NCBI GenBank assembly: GCA_036867785.1
Contig: CP145416.1
Span: 682,001 to 746,000 of the forward strand
Direction: 5' to 3'
DNA from: Plasmodiophora brassicae
Taxonomy: Eukaryota
Length of the DNA stretch: 64,000 bases
In this document: piece after piece, positions 24,480 through 35,269 of the stretch
Numbering within the stretch: position 1 is the stretch's first letter
Layout: each line of letters begins with the position of its first letter
Program-made: the position numbers and the translations under genes
The notes under the pieces: model-generated
Seen by the model: the letters and a program-made list of their open reading frames with translations, nothing else
Databases searched by the model: none
Told to the model about the DNA's origin: nothing

Positions 24480-26841
24480 TCACTGTGGTGGACGAACCGG
24501 GGCGTCCCGTGATACGATGCCGAACTTCCAGTCGATGATATCGCCCGTGGACAGGTTGGATACAATCGGGTAGCCACTGGTCGCATCGTCGACGACTGAT
24601 AAGCGTTTGCGCCCGCAGGGTTTGACCTGATGCTCCAGATTGCTACAGACGGCAGCAGCGTAGAGCCGCGGGTCCTTCACGTTAGGCGCCGGCGCTTCGC
24701 CCTGTACGTGCGGGCGTTCCCGCTGCAGCGTTTCAAATCTCGATTCCGATATGCTCCTGTGCAACGTCTGGAACTGCGCCTGAATGGAATTCAGCCTTGA
24801 TTTCAGCCGGGGCGTCAGAAACGACCCCGTTCTCGACATGGATCCACCAAACCTGAACAAGACATGCCCCGACGTCAACGATGCACGTTGTTACAAACGA
24901 TGGGCCGAAACTGACTGGCTTTTCGTCAGGGAATCCGAGTGACGCATCACGCTCGCAGGGAAGATCGATGGCCGTCCAGCCATTGCAGCCATCATTGGCG
25001 AAATGCCTTTGCAGTCGAACACAACGCGCTTCGGGAACGTCTTCGGAGGTGTGCTCTTGTCCTGAAGCTCAACCTGATCGAGAGACTCCTGTATAGACGT
25101 CAACTGCCTGGATGAGGCCAGGCATCGCCCTTCCTACTTTCATCGATAACTCAATGGGCAATACCGAAGGACGTTTTCGCCCAAGTCCTCCCCAGTGGAT
25201 GTCGACATCAACGGGCCGAGAGATGTCAGGCTTCCTTGTCGTTCGGGCCACAGTGCTTAGGCGCGGTTGGGTCTTCCTGCGACGCCTGGGAGCGCCAGCC
25301 AGCGACTCTGTGATCTATCGGTCGCCGCGTTAGCTAACGCTCTGCGCGACGAGAACCGGCAACGCACCCGACGGTCGAACACATCAGCACGATTGCAGAA
25401 TGCGCGGTCTCGAAGCCGGCTGATCGTCTCGTCCGACTTGCGCACGCCTGATAATAGATATTCGGTATCGCTTTCGAGGCGTAGACGGAACTCGGGCTCT
25501 GCAGGTCAACTGGATCGTCAGCCCCGGTAAGCGGTCGCTAGCGAAAGTTCGCCCACTGTTGAAAACATTGGCAGCTGGCGCCAGAGCGAATACGAAATAA
25601 TGCCTGATCACGTTCGCGAGCAGCATTGGGTAGACAGCTTCGAACCGGTCGCGAAACTTCACCCGTGTCGACTGGAGCGTGTCCTGAGTTTCGGATTCAT
25701 CGTGAACGAGGACGTTCAGTTCGTTCGACAGGCGAAAGTACGCTCGCGACGTTTCCCTGAGCAATTCGCGCTGCTGGATGTCGGATCCAGGTTGAAAGTA
25801 CTCACAGAACAGGTACCACAAGACACTGGTGAAGACCTTCTTCGAAGCTGACGGAAGAGGTTAGCGCTGAAAGGGTCCGGCACCCACTGAACGGTCTACC
25901 CTCGCTGAGAAGCGTTTCCTTGAAAAGGCGAAAAGGGACGACAGGCCAGGGCCCGCCAATTGCCTCCCTTGCAAATATGACGATCTGGCCTGCACTCGGG
26001 CACGTCAACTGCACGAACCTGAGCACGTGTACGTACGAGACGCCAACCCAGGTACATTTCACTGTCGATATCGTCAGGAGGGGTGCCGAAGGCGGGGTAG
26101 AACGGCAGGTGCACAGGTTTGCGGCAGCCCTCGGGACGCTGAAGAACGTCGCTGACGAGATAGTCAGTTCGCTTCTATAGTCGCTCGTGCGCAACCTATA
26201 CCGTTGTGTGAAGCTCTCACAACATGAAGCGTCAGGTCGGGAAGGCGCGTCTGCTTCACGGCGACGATTGTAAGGGTCGGACCCCGAAGAACCATTCAGC
26301 GACACTTCGACAGCGTCCGACTGCGACAGCAACGCCCGCATCGATGCTGGCACTGGAGGCCTCGGCGGCCGCTGTAGGACCTTCTTCGGCCGGTCGTACG
26401 CCTCACCAGGGGAATGGTGTTGCATGGGCATTAGGTCGCCAGGGCGAATCTGTGGGCCCAGTGTCATGTCTGATGGTGCGACAGCGAAGCATGGAGCGTT
26501 TACGCGTGTTCGCCCGCTGTCCAAACGCATGTAGTGGTAGCGCGCCCCTCGATTCGGCATGATGCCACGTAGGAACCGGTGGCGATCCGCATTGCTCTGG
26601 ATTCGGAATTCCTGACGCTTCCCGACGCATGCTTCCGCCTCTTTCCGAACTGATCCAACATTGAGACGCGGACGTGGTCGGGCGCCGGCGAGTGCCGACT
26701 TTTCTCATTGACGTGCAGCAGCGCGGCTCGAAGCTCGGACGTCACTTGCCTGCCGAGCCACCTGACGTCATCGGCGTCTGCAGATCCCGCTGGCGCCGAC
26801 TCGGTGCCGGCCGAAGCACGTCCAGGGACCCGACGCGCCAT
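24480..26841 (-). CDS. FAM227-like (FWWh domain) protein, multi-exon (ends approximate)
   Basis: 'WYLFCEYFQPGSDIQQRELLRETSRAYFRL...RDRFEAVYPMLLANVIRHYFVFA' resembles the FWWh domain. Confidence 0.6.
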
Positions 26842-27239
26842 CTATATCAGTGATGCATAACGCGATCGCGACGGTACCTCGCAACCGCATCCTTTAGTGC
26901 AAATGCAAATAGGTCGTTCCGTCCACACTTCTCCTGAGGGATCCGTTGGCATGGCCGACACAGGTCCCAGCAACGGAAGGGCACCAAGGTGGCAGCGGCT
27001 GCCGAGACAATGATTCGGAGATTACATCTGCACGCTCCCTGTCCCAATCATCGCCAACCCCTGTTTCGCCCAGCGGTCCGCCTCCAGATCCGTCCGGCTG
27101 CCACTGAGCTGAAGACAGACCGGCACGCGCCTGCAACTGGCCCCTGGATCGTTAACACGACGCACAGATACCCGCAGCACGATGCGTACCTCGTGATCGC
27201 ACATGTTGGTTTAACACTTCACAGGGGTGGCGCTTTACA

Positions 27240-28592
27240 ATGCCGACGCCGTCCATCGTCATCTGCCTGCTGGCAACAGCATCACAGGCGCTGACAATCC
27301 GGTCGGCAGCCACCGGCCAAGAACGCGCGCTAACCAGCTATGGGTTCGCGCTGGGCAACACGACGTTCGACGTGTCGTCGACGGGCGTCCTGTACTCGCT
27401 GTCCCCCGAGAACGACGCCTGGTCGGGCCGAATCCTGTTCGTCGAGGTGACCACTGTCACCGTGAACGTCGCCGATTGGGCGAACGCCTGCCAACGGAAC
27501 CATTGCGCCGGCCTCGTACTACACATCGCACCGTCGAGCCTGCTGCGAACGCTGATGCAAACGCTGGCGTGGTCGTACTGGGTACGACAGCCGGGCGCGT
27601 TTGCCACCCTGCCCATCGTCGTCGTCGTCGACGACATCGGCGCGGTCGGCGCCTCCGACGACGTCGTCATGGCAATGTCACCGGGGCGCATCGACGCGAA
27701 CCCGGCTGGTGCCGCCCTGCGCCTCCCGTCGATCATCGGCGCGTTCTCCTGCATCGCTGTCTCGTACTTCTTCATCGTCGCGTTAGACGCCCTTCGCGTG
27801 TTGCAATTCGCGGTTGACGACCAGTGGAAGTTTCGGGCGCCGCCCTGGAGAGCCGTCATCACGCTCGTCCTGCTCGTCCTCGGCCATGTCGTGCGTGTCC
27901 TGCGCGCCGCCAACACCGCCTGGTACAGGGAGCGGGCGTTCCCGTACCCGGTCGCCGTCTTCATCACGTACGCCGAGTTGCCGATCATGGCGGCGGCGCG
28001 AACCGCCATGGGGTCGATCATATCGCGGTCGGTGGAGGCGCAGGGCCACGATCGGTCGCTGCTGATGGCGGACCGGGCCGCGGTCGTCCTGGCGGTCCTG
28101 GCGACCATCGCGTCGTACATCGCCCTGGGCATCGCCGCTGTGACGCAGGTGATGCCACTGGGCGTCGTCGCGTGCTACCTGCTGTTCCTGGCGCCCAGCA
28201 TAATCTACACGCTCAGCCAGGGGTACGCCTGCTTCGTTCTGATAATGGGCCTCGGCGAGGCGCCCCGGCAGGTCGGGCTGGCCAGCGATGCGATCGAGAA
28301 GCGGCAGTCGTTCGGCGTGCGGATCGGGGCCACCTGGACGATCGCCATGCTGATGCTCGCGTTGCAGCTCCTGGTTCTCGCCATACAGAACGTGTCGCCG
28401 ACGTATTTCCTGGCGACGCAGGCCGCCAGCCAGGTGCTCGGCGTGCTGGCCGCCGCCGCCACCGTTGTCATGTTCCGCCCGAAATCGTCCGCCATCGGCA
28501 GCAGGTGCTATTCGCGCAGGGTCGCCCCCTCGTCCAAACTCGTGACGCCCGTTATGCCCGCTACCGTCACGCCGGCTTCCAAACGCTGGTAA
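27240..28592 (+). CDS. Intronless membrane protein: signal peptide, ectodomain and ~7 TM helices (GPCR-like topology)
   Basis: 450-aa ORF with strong GC3 bias. It has an N-terminal hydrophobic leader (SIVICLLATASQA), about 7 hydrophobic segments and a Ser/Thr-rich tail. Confidence 0.8.
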   Translation: MPTPSIVICLLATASQALTIRSAATGQERALTSYGFALGNTTFDVSSTGVLYSLSPENDAWSGRILFVEVTTVTVNVADWANACQRNHCAGLVLHIAPSSLLRTLMQTLAWSYWVRQPGAFATLPIVVVVDDIGAVGASDDVVMAMSPGRIDANPAGAALRLPSIIGAFSCIAVSYFFIVALDALRVLQFAVDDQWKFRAPPWRAVITLVLLVLGHVVRVLRAANTAWYRERAFPYPVAVFITYAELPIMAAARTAMGSIISRSVEAQGHDRSLLMADRAAVVLAVLATIASYIALGIAAVTQVMPLGVVACYLLFLAPSIIYTLSQGYACFVLIMGLGEAPRQVGLASDAIEKRQSFGVRIGATWTIAMLMLALQLLVLAIQNVSPTYFLATQAASQVLGVLAAAATVVMFRPKSSAIGSRCYSRRVAPSSKLVTPVMPATVTPASKRW

Positions 28593-29203
28593 TATACTGA
28601 CGGTCTATCGGCCGCGACAGCCCCGAACGATGGCGGACCACGGCGACCGACACGGTGAGGACTAACGAACAGCAAACGTCAGGTCGGCTGCAGGACGTAT
28701 CGTGTGTTCGTCCGCGCGCGACAGCAGCATTCCGACATGCTGGGCAACGGCTACGTTTGTGCTTACGGCGAAGACATTCAGGCATCGCGGTCGGCCTGTT
28801 CGGTCAGTGATGACATGGCGCTACGCTGTCGTACATCGACGACGCGTCGTCAAACGTAGGTGTGCCCATCCGATGCTTAACAGCTGCTGGCTCCCACGCG
28901 CCGTCATCCCATGAAGTAGATCCCGCGTGACGCCCAGCAGGCCCGACCTTCGGGGAACGCAGGCCCCCGGCCCCCGTTACCATTACTAATCGGTAGCGCT
29001 CCACGTCACTCGGAGGCAGTGTCACGGGAAGTGGCGGGGTATGGAACCAGCACCTCGGGGGGAGGGCATCCTCCTTTGTAAAAGCCGCTGGGTCGGCTCT
29101 CGAAGTTTCAGTCTCTCGAGTCTCAACCCAAAATAACCGCGTGCGGGTTCACAACAGCGTCGGCGGAGTCAGGGCTTGGTCGGGGAACAGCCGCGGAGCG
29201 ACA

Positions 29204-30118
29204 ATGACAAGAACAACAACGGTGGCGCTCAGGGCGGCGGCGGCGGTCGTCGTTGCCTGCATCTGCTTCGGCGGAGCGCTCGGCGACGACGACCACGACG
29301 ACGATCACATGAGTGGTACGAACGCAAGGAATGGCGGGGGTTGCACGGGCTGTGTTGACTGAGGCTTTCGTAGAGTTCCCGGTGGTCACGATGCTGAGCG
29401 CGGTTCAGCTGCTGCACTCATCCGGCTACCGGCTGCATTCGCACCCGATTTCGTATGGTTCAGGTTCGGGACAGCAATCGGTCACCGCATTGAAAGGGTA
29501 CTCGCTTGCCCAGCATCCGACAACGTACCCCTAACGATAACCAATCGCTGGCAGAGCTGCCAACCACGAGAACTTGTTCCAAGTACATAACGCCGACAAA
29601 GAACCCGTTGTTGCGGCAGGCAAGCATATATCGCCTCAAATTGATGTAATGTTTCATCTGAGCGCGCTTTGGGGCAGGGTCGCCCGTTAAGTGCGGAAGC
29701 GTGGTCCGTCTCCGACATGTTGCAACGAAGAAGTGGCTTCACAGCCACCTGCATGACTCGCCGATATCCAAAAACCAGGAGGTGTATATATGTACAGCCT
29801 TGACGTTTCCGGCCGTCTAATATGTAAGATGCTGGCCAGGTCAGCTGTTTCGGTGATGCTGGCCAAAGCGATACTGGAGACAACTGGCGCGTTCAATGCT
29901 CCGGTGAGAACTGGACGCGTGACGCAGACGTTCAACTTGTCCACGTGGACACCAACACGTATCTGTCGGCCCGCTTGTCGAACATGTTCACGCAGGGCAA
30001 CTGCCCTGGATGCCCGATCAATGGTCAACTGGAGGTATACTGCCAGCGCTCGTCTTCTGACCAGCAAACCAAGTGGAAAACTGCCGAAGGTGTGTTCTTC
30101 AGACCGTCCGGCAAATAA
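29204..30118 (+). CDS. SDF2: Stromal cell-derived factor 2-like MIR-domain ER protein
   Basis: Signal peptide, then YRLHSHPISYGSGSGQQSVTA, CGSVVRLRHVATKKWLHSH and PINGQLEV...WKTAEGVFF. Confidence 0.92.
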
Positions 30119-30146
30119 ATATACCAAACAATTGTACTGTGTCTTC

Positions 30147-31314
30147 TTATCGGGCTTCATCGTCCTCGTGATCGGTGCTCTGCGAGGGCGGAAAATTGAT
30201 ATTCCAATAGCCTTCGGGGGTGTCAGGTCGCCGTCTAGTCGACCTATGCCGAGAGACAGCATTCACCAGCGTGTTGACGTCGTTCGGAAGCGGTTGCATG
30301 TCTTCGTTTGTTGGTAGATTGACGCCGACGGCGTTGTAAAACTGTAACAGGAACATGAATTGGCGGACGGGCTGAACCAGTGGGGCCTTACGCCTTGGCA
30401 CTGAGAGCAGTCGTGACCTTCAAGTTCGAGACGGCCTGCTCCCCTAATGGTGTTGAACTCGTTGACACACTTTGACTTCTTCGCGTAGACTTGAGTCGGC
30501 GCGTTTCTAGAGAACAAGCTGGCATGATTCACAGCTTTTGCGGCAGGCGTCGATGCACAATCCCTACCGCGGCGAAGGTGGTGAATCTTGACGAAGAGCA
30601 GAACGTTTAGGCTCGTCACCGCTGCTGCGCCCAGCGACCGATCAGTCAGACCGTGCAACGGGATGCATATCCGGTCGCGCTACCTGTGTTTCCGTTTCTT
30701 CTCCGACGGCGGCAGCGACTGCTTGGTTTCGTTTCCCTTTGGTGGCACCCCAATTCCAAGATCTGTGGTGGATTCCCTAGTCACACGATTTCCAGTCAAA
30801 CTGTTCGTGGAAAAGCGGACAGGGGCGGTCGCACCTTGCCAAAGGCGGCTTGGCAGGTATTTCGTCAGCGAACCGGACAGTACGATGTTGTTCCGTTGGC
30901 GTCTGCGACATCGACTCGGTGCCACTCTTCGGCGGCACATTAGAGCCTGGTTTCTTGCCAGACGAAGACGAAACAGCAACCGCCTGGGAGCGGGCACGAC
31001 CGGCGTCCTCAAACGTATTGGATGACTCCATCCAGAAATCAGCCATTTTCTGTGATATCATCAGTGGCCGGGCAGAATGGTTGGACCGGGACACGTACTG
31101 GCTCCTTTTCGGATCGAAGTTTCTGGTACGCCTTCTTCAGAGTCTGATACTTTGTTACGACCCGCTCATACAGGTTCACCAGCCGCGATTTGTCGTTCTC
31201 GAGCTTCGCCATCCTGCATTCCATCTCCTGCATACGCTGCTCCCGCGCGGCAACTTGTTCTGTCAGATCCCTGGCAAGGCGCACGACGTCGCTTCCATCG
31301 CCGACGGCGCTCAT
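30147..31314 (-). CDS. COM1: CtIP/Sae2/Com1 DNA end-resection factor
   Basis: N-terminal coiled coil. The C-terminal 'LEGHDCSQC..FY...VSRHR....PDTPEGYWNINF' is the SAE2 signature (CxxC, RHR, TP). Confidence 0.88.
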
Positions 31315-31388
31315 ACCGCACTGCGAAATGGAACCACGCGACGTGTATTGATGGACATTGATGTTCGTTCAGTCGCTGGCAGGGGGCC

Positions 31389-32202
31389 TTAGATCGATAC
31401 AATATGGGGATATGCAGTGCTCAGAGTAAATTGCACGCCAGCATCGATCAGTTTGCCCCGCATGGCTTGTTCGGAAGTCGGGTGAACCGATTTGGTTGCA
31501 TCGGGACAGACGATGGTTTCAAAACCGGCCGACTTAGCGTCCAGTGCGGTGCTTCCTACACAGTAGTCGTAAGCGAGACCGACAACTACAACGCGGTCAA
31601 TCTTGTTCGACGTCAGCAAATCTTCTAAGTTCGACTTGTACATCTGCTCAGCGTCGAGTCAGTGTACAGAAACCAGTGACCCATCGTTGAGACCCTGTTG
31701 TTGTCCATGAATCCAGAGTACGAGTCCGCATCAATATGAACGCCCTTCTGAACGATGGTATCCGATGGGAGCACTTCGAGAGCTGGGTGAAATTTAGAGC
31801 CATGTGTGCCCTGTTTAACGATGCGTTAAGAGTGCACATCGGTACATTTACCACGTCATGACGTACTACGACGCAGTGATCAGGCCACAGCATTTGGATC
31901 TGCCCGTTCGGCAAGCTGTATGGTTCGAAGAGTTTTGCATTCGGGTCCTTGGCATGGGTCGAGTGGAACGATACATGGCCCACAGGGTGATACTGTATCA
32001 TGTCATCCTTAGATCCAGCACTTTCACGCCACACGGTTATCGGCCCCACATCCTGCGTCAGCACCACCAGATCGAACACGAACCGATCGCGCAGGGCATT
32101 GACCAACGGAACGACCTGCTCCCCGGCACCCACGTACAACGACCCGTCTTTCGACGCGAAATCGTTCTGCACGTCAACGATCAGCAGCGCCGTTCGCGTC
32201 AT
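31389..32202 (-). CDS. PNC1: Nicotinamidase/pyrazinamidase (isochorismatase family)
   Basis: ALLIVDVQNDF, TQD|YHPVGHVSF, LWPDHCV and GLAYDYCVGSTALDA. Confidence 0.93.
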
Positions 32203-32426
32203 CACGCTCGGCCACAGGATCGAAAAACGTCCTCGCAGCGGGTGCACGTCGCCCGAGCGCTCGGCCGTAACGCCGTTACGAACAACCCGAGTCATCGTAA
32301 CGCCATGGCACAGCGTGCTGCGCGCCGGCCCAGTGTGTTCCAAAGATAGCCGATAGGTGATCGGTCGGCAGTCTGACGCTGATGCCGGCGGCGGATCTGC
32401 ATCGCAGCGGCGGCGATTGCCCGGAT

Positions 32427-34788
32427 ATGACGACCGGCAGCGGCAGTCGTACGACGGTCCTGTGCCTTCATGGCGGGCTGCAGACCGGGACCGTGTTTCG
32501 GGAGCGGTTGCAGCGACTAGAGGCGAGGCTGATGGCGCAGGCATCGGACCTCGCCCTTGATTTCGTGTACGTCGACGGCCCGTTCGAAAACGCTGAGACC
32601 GGCTTGCGGGATTGGATGGATCGGCGTTCATCGTTCCCGTGCATGTGCGCGGCGATGTCTATCGTCGAGCGTGCCATGCCGTTCTCGGGCGTGATCGGGT
32701 TCAGTGCCGGCGCCGCTGTCGCTTCTGCAATAGCGCGAATGCCTGGACGCTTCCCTGGCGTGTCGTGGTTCATTCTTGCCGGGGCACCAGACATTGACCC
32801 TTGTCTTTGCGCGAAGCGTCTCTCCACAGACCCCACAAGTCCATCGGCTGTCAAGACCCTTCATATCGTTGGAGATGGCGACGAGGCCGTTAAGCCGGAG
32901 GAAAGCCTGCGGGCATGGGAACGGTTCGACCAGGCAGAACTACGTCGTCATGACAAGGGGCATTGTCTGCCAACCTCGGCACATGATCTGGATGCGTACG
33001 TTGATTTCATCAGGCGCTGCTCAGCGCCAGATGATGAGCATCGGTTGGCCCAGGACGAAGAACTGGAGGCAATGAGCGCCATCTTCCCCGACGAATTCGC
33101 AGTCGAAGCGGGCGGACCACCTGGGGAACGCCTCTGCACCGTGAAGATGCCACTGGCTGATCTGGAACTTGCTTTTCGTATTGGACCGTCGTACCCCGCT
33201 ACCCTGCCGTTCATCCACCTACGACACTCGATGTCTCTCAGTCAATTTCCACCTGTGCTAGCCAGTGGGCTGTTAAAGGCTGCTCGATCTGCAGCAGTGG
33301 AATTGTCTGGCACTGCAATGCTATACGAAGTGGCAAGTGCAGCGTTGCGATTCCTGGAGGATGCACCAGCCCCGCCACCGACGGGTGCGTCAGTCGTTGC
33401 TTCGAGCTCATCGTCTGATGACGCTGACGACGATGTACGTATGGTCGTCAGTCTATCCACTGGAGGCAACGATGACCATCTGTCACGCAACGCGCGTGGC
33501 GAATGGCGCCATACGGTTGGTCTTGTCGGTACGACGATCCCCATTTGTACAACAGACAAGCACGCGCCTGAAATGGTCGCTAGGGAAACCGTCTGCGGGA
33601 AAGTCGACTCTCTTCAACTGTGCAACCCGGTCCCTGAATGCGAAGATGGCAGCGCATCCTTTCACGACAATCGAGGCGAATGTTGGTCATGGCGTATGGC
33701 GTTCACCTGATTTCGAAGATCGGCTCTTGCCGCTTCTTGTGAAGGATGTCGCTGGTCTGGTCCCTGGAGCGTACGAAGGCCGGGGTCGCGGTAACCAGTT
33801 TCTCAATGATTTATGTGACGCGGACGTCCTCATTCATGTCGTCGACGGGTCCGGCCTCAGCGATGTCGATGGAAACATCATCCCTGACGATGGCAGCGAT
33901 TTGGGTCAGGATCCCCTGCGCGATGTTGCCTGGGTTCGCAACGAGCTTCACCAGTGGATCTTCAGCAACATCCTCCGCAAATGGCCATCGATAGTTAAGC
34001 GTCCTCGACGGTTGCTGGGCATGTTCAGTGGTTACCGGGCGTCCAGGTCGCTTGTCCAACGAGCCATCCGGGCTGGCGGGCTCAACGTTGACGTTGATCC
34101 ATGCTCGGCGAAATCGCAATGGACAGAAGCTGCGCTGCATCGCGTCGTCGATGCGTTCCTTCAAGCCAGGTTCCCGATCGTTCTAGCGCTGAACAAGGCG
34201 GATCTCAGCACGGCGACCGTTCACATCAAGCGGGTCCAGGACGTTATCGGGAATCACGCTGTTGCTGTTAGCGCTGGCGTTGAGCTCTGGCTGCAGCAGA
34301 AGGCCAGGCAAGGTCGACTATCCTATGAGTTTGGATCGTCGAGTTTCCGTTGCCTGGGCACATCCGATTTTGACGAGGATGACAAGAGAAGGCTGTCCCA
34401 GGCGGCACACGTGTTCGATACCTGGGGTACAACGGGCGTGTTGCAGGCGCTCACCGCTGCCGTAATGACGCGACCTCCCGTGCTGTGCTACCCAGTAGCC
34501 GACCTCGACACGCGAGCGCCCCTGATCGCGGACGAGCCTTGCATCATGATGAAACCGGGAAGTACGGTCGACGACCTGTTCGATGTCCTGCGGCATAACG
34601 CTCAACGGGCCGCCCTCGACGGCCAGTTTGTCCGAGCCGAGGCGATGGCCCTGGACGGGTCCAGCCGTAAAGCCATTCGACGGGATGCGGAAATCGGCCC
34701 CCAGTGCGCCGTCATTCGCCTCTGGACCACCAGAAAGAGCAGATGGCAACACCATGCTGACCGGCAGGATGCCTCGGAATCCAGATAA
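32427..34788 (+). CDS. Fusion protein: FSH1/OVCA2 serine hydrolase + RWD domain + OBG-family (Ygr210-like) GTPase
   Basis: FSH1: [50 protein letters not shown] 55-nt GT-AG intron (33529-33583) joins to [41 protein letters not shown] and NKAD. Confidence 0.9.
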
Positions 34789-34968
34789 ACACGTTTCGAC
34801 AGGTCAGCGTGGCCAAGCGGGAACCCTCAGTGGTGCGGTGTGGCCCAACTTGAGAGACAGTCGCAAATTGAGGTCGCTGACGTGCAGCCGTGTTTTTTTT
34901 TGGTAGGAGGGCGCGCCCCGCCCCCCGACAGACTGCGATCCGTTCGCTGGGGATACCGTGTCGCCGGG

Positions 34969-35232
34969 ATGGGTGTACCGAAGCAGATGATGGTTGCGAC
35001 CGCTGTCGTGACGGTTCTCTACCTGTGGCTACCGAGTTTCACTCACGAGCAAAGGTGGACGGACCCGGTCGGCGAGGTACTGTCGCCGTGTGGCGGTTTC
35101 CGGGTGTGCAAGGTGGACTGAGTCTTGACCCCTCCCTAGTACAACAAAGTTCGAGCGATGGACAAGGCTCGCGCCAAGGCCCGCTACGGCGGTGGTGACC
35201 AAGACCAGCAACCGGAACCTAATCATCACTGA
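34969..35232 (+). CDS. Small single-TM protein (~66 aa, two exons)
   Basis: MGVPKQMMVATAVVTVLYLWLPSFTHEQRWTDPVGE|YNKVRAMDKARAKARYGG... with a GT-AG intron at 35077-35139. Confidence 0.55.
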
Positions 35233-35269
35233 ACTAGATAGACGAATGGAGTCGATCTTCGCATCGTCT

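Noticed and set aside
31648-32631. 327-aa ORF as an N-terminally extended nicotinamidase
   Set aside because: The extension is antisense to the FSH1 fusion start. The family domain begins at the ATG at 32202, and the ORF's tail reads through introns.
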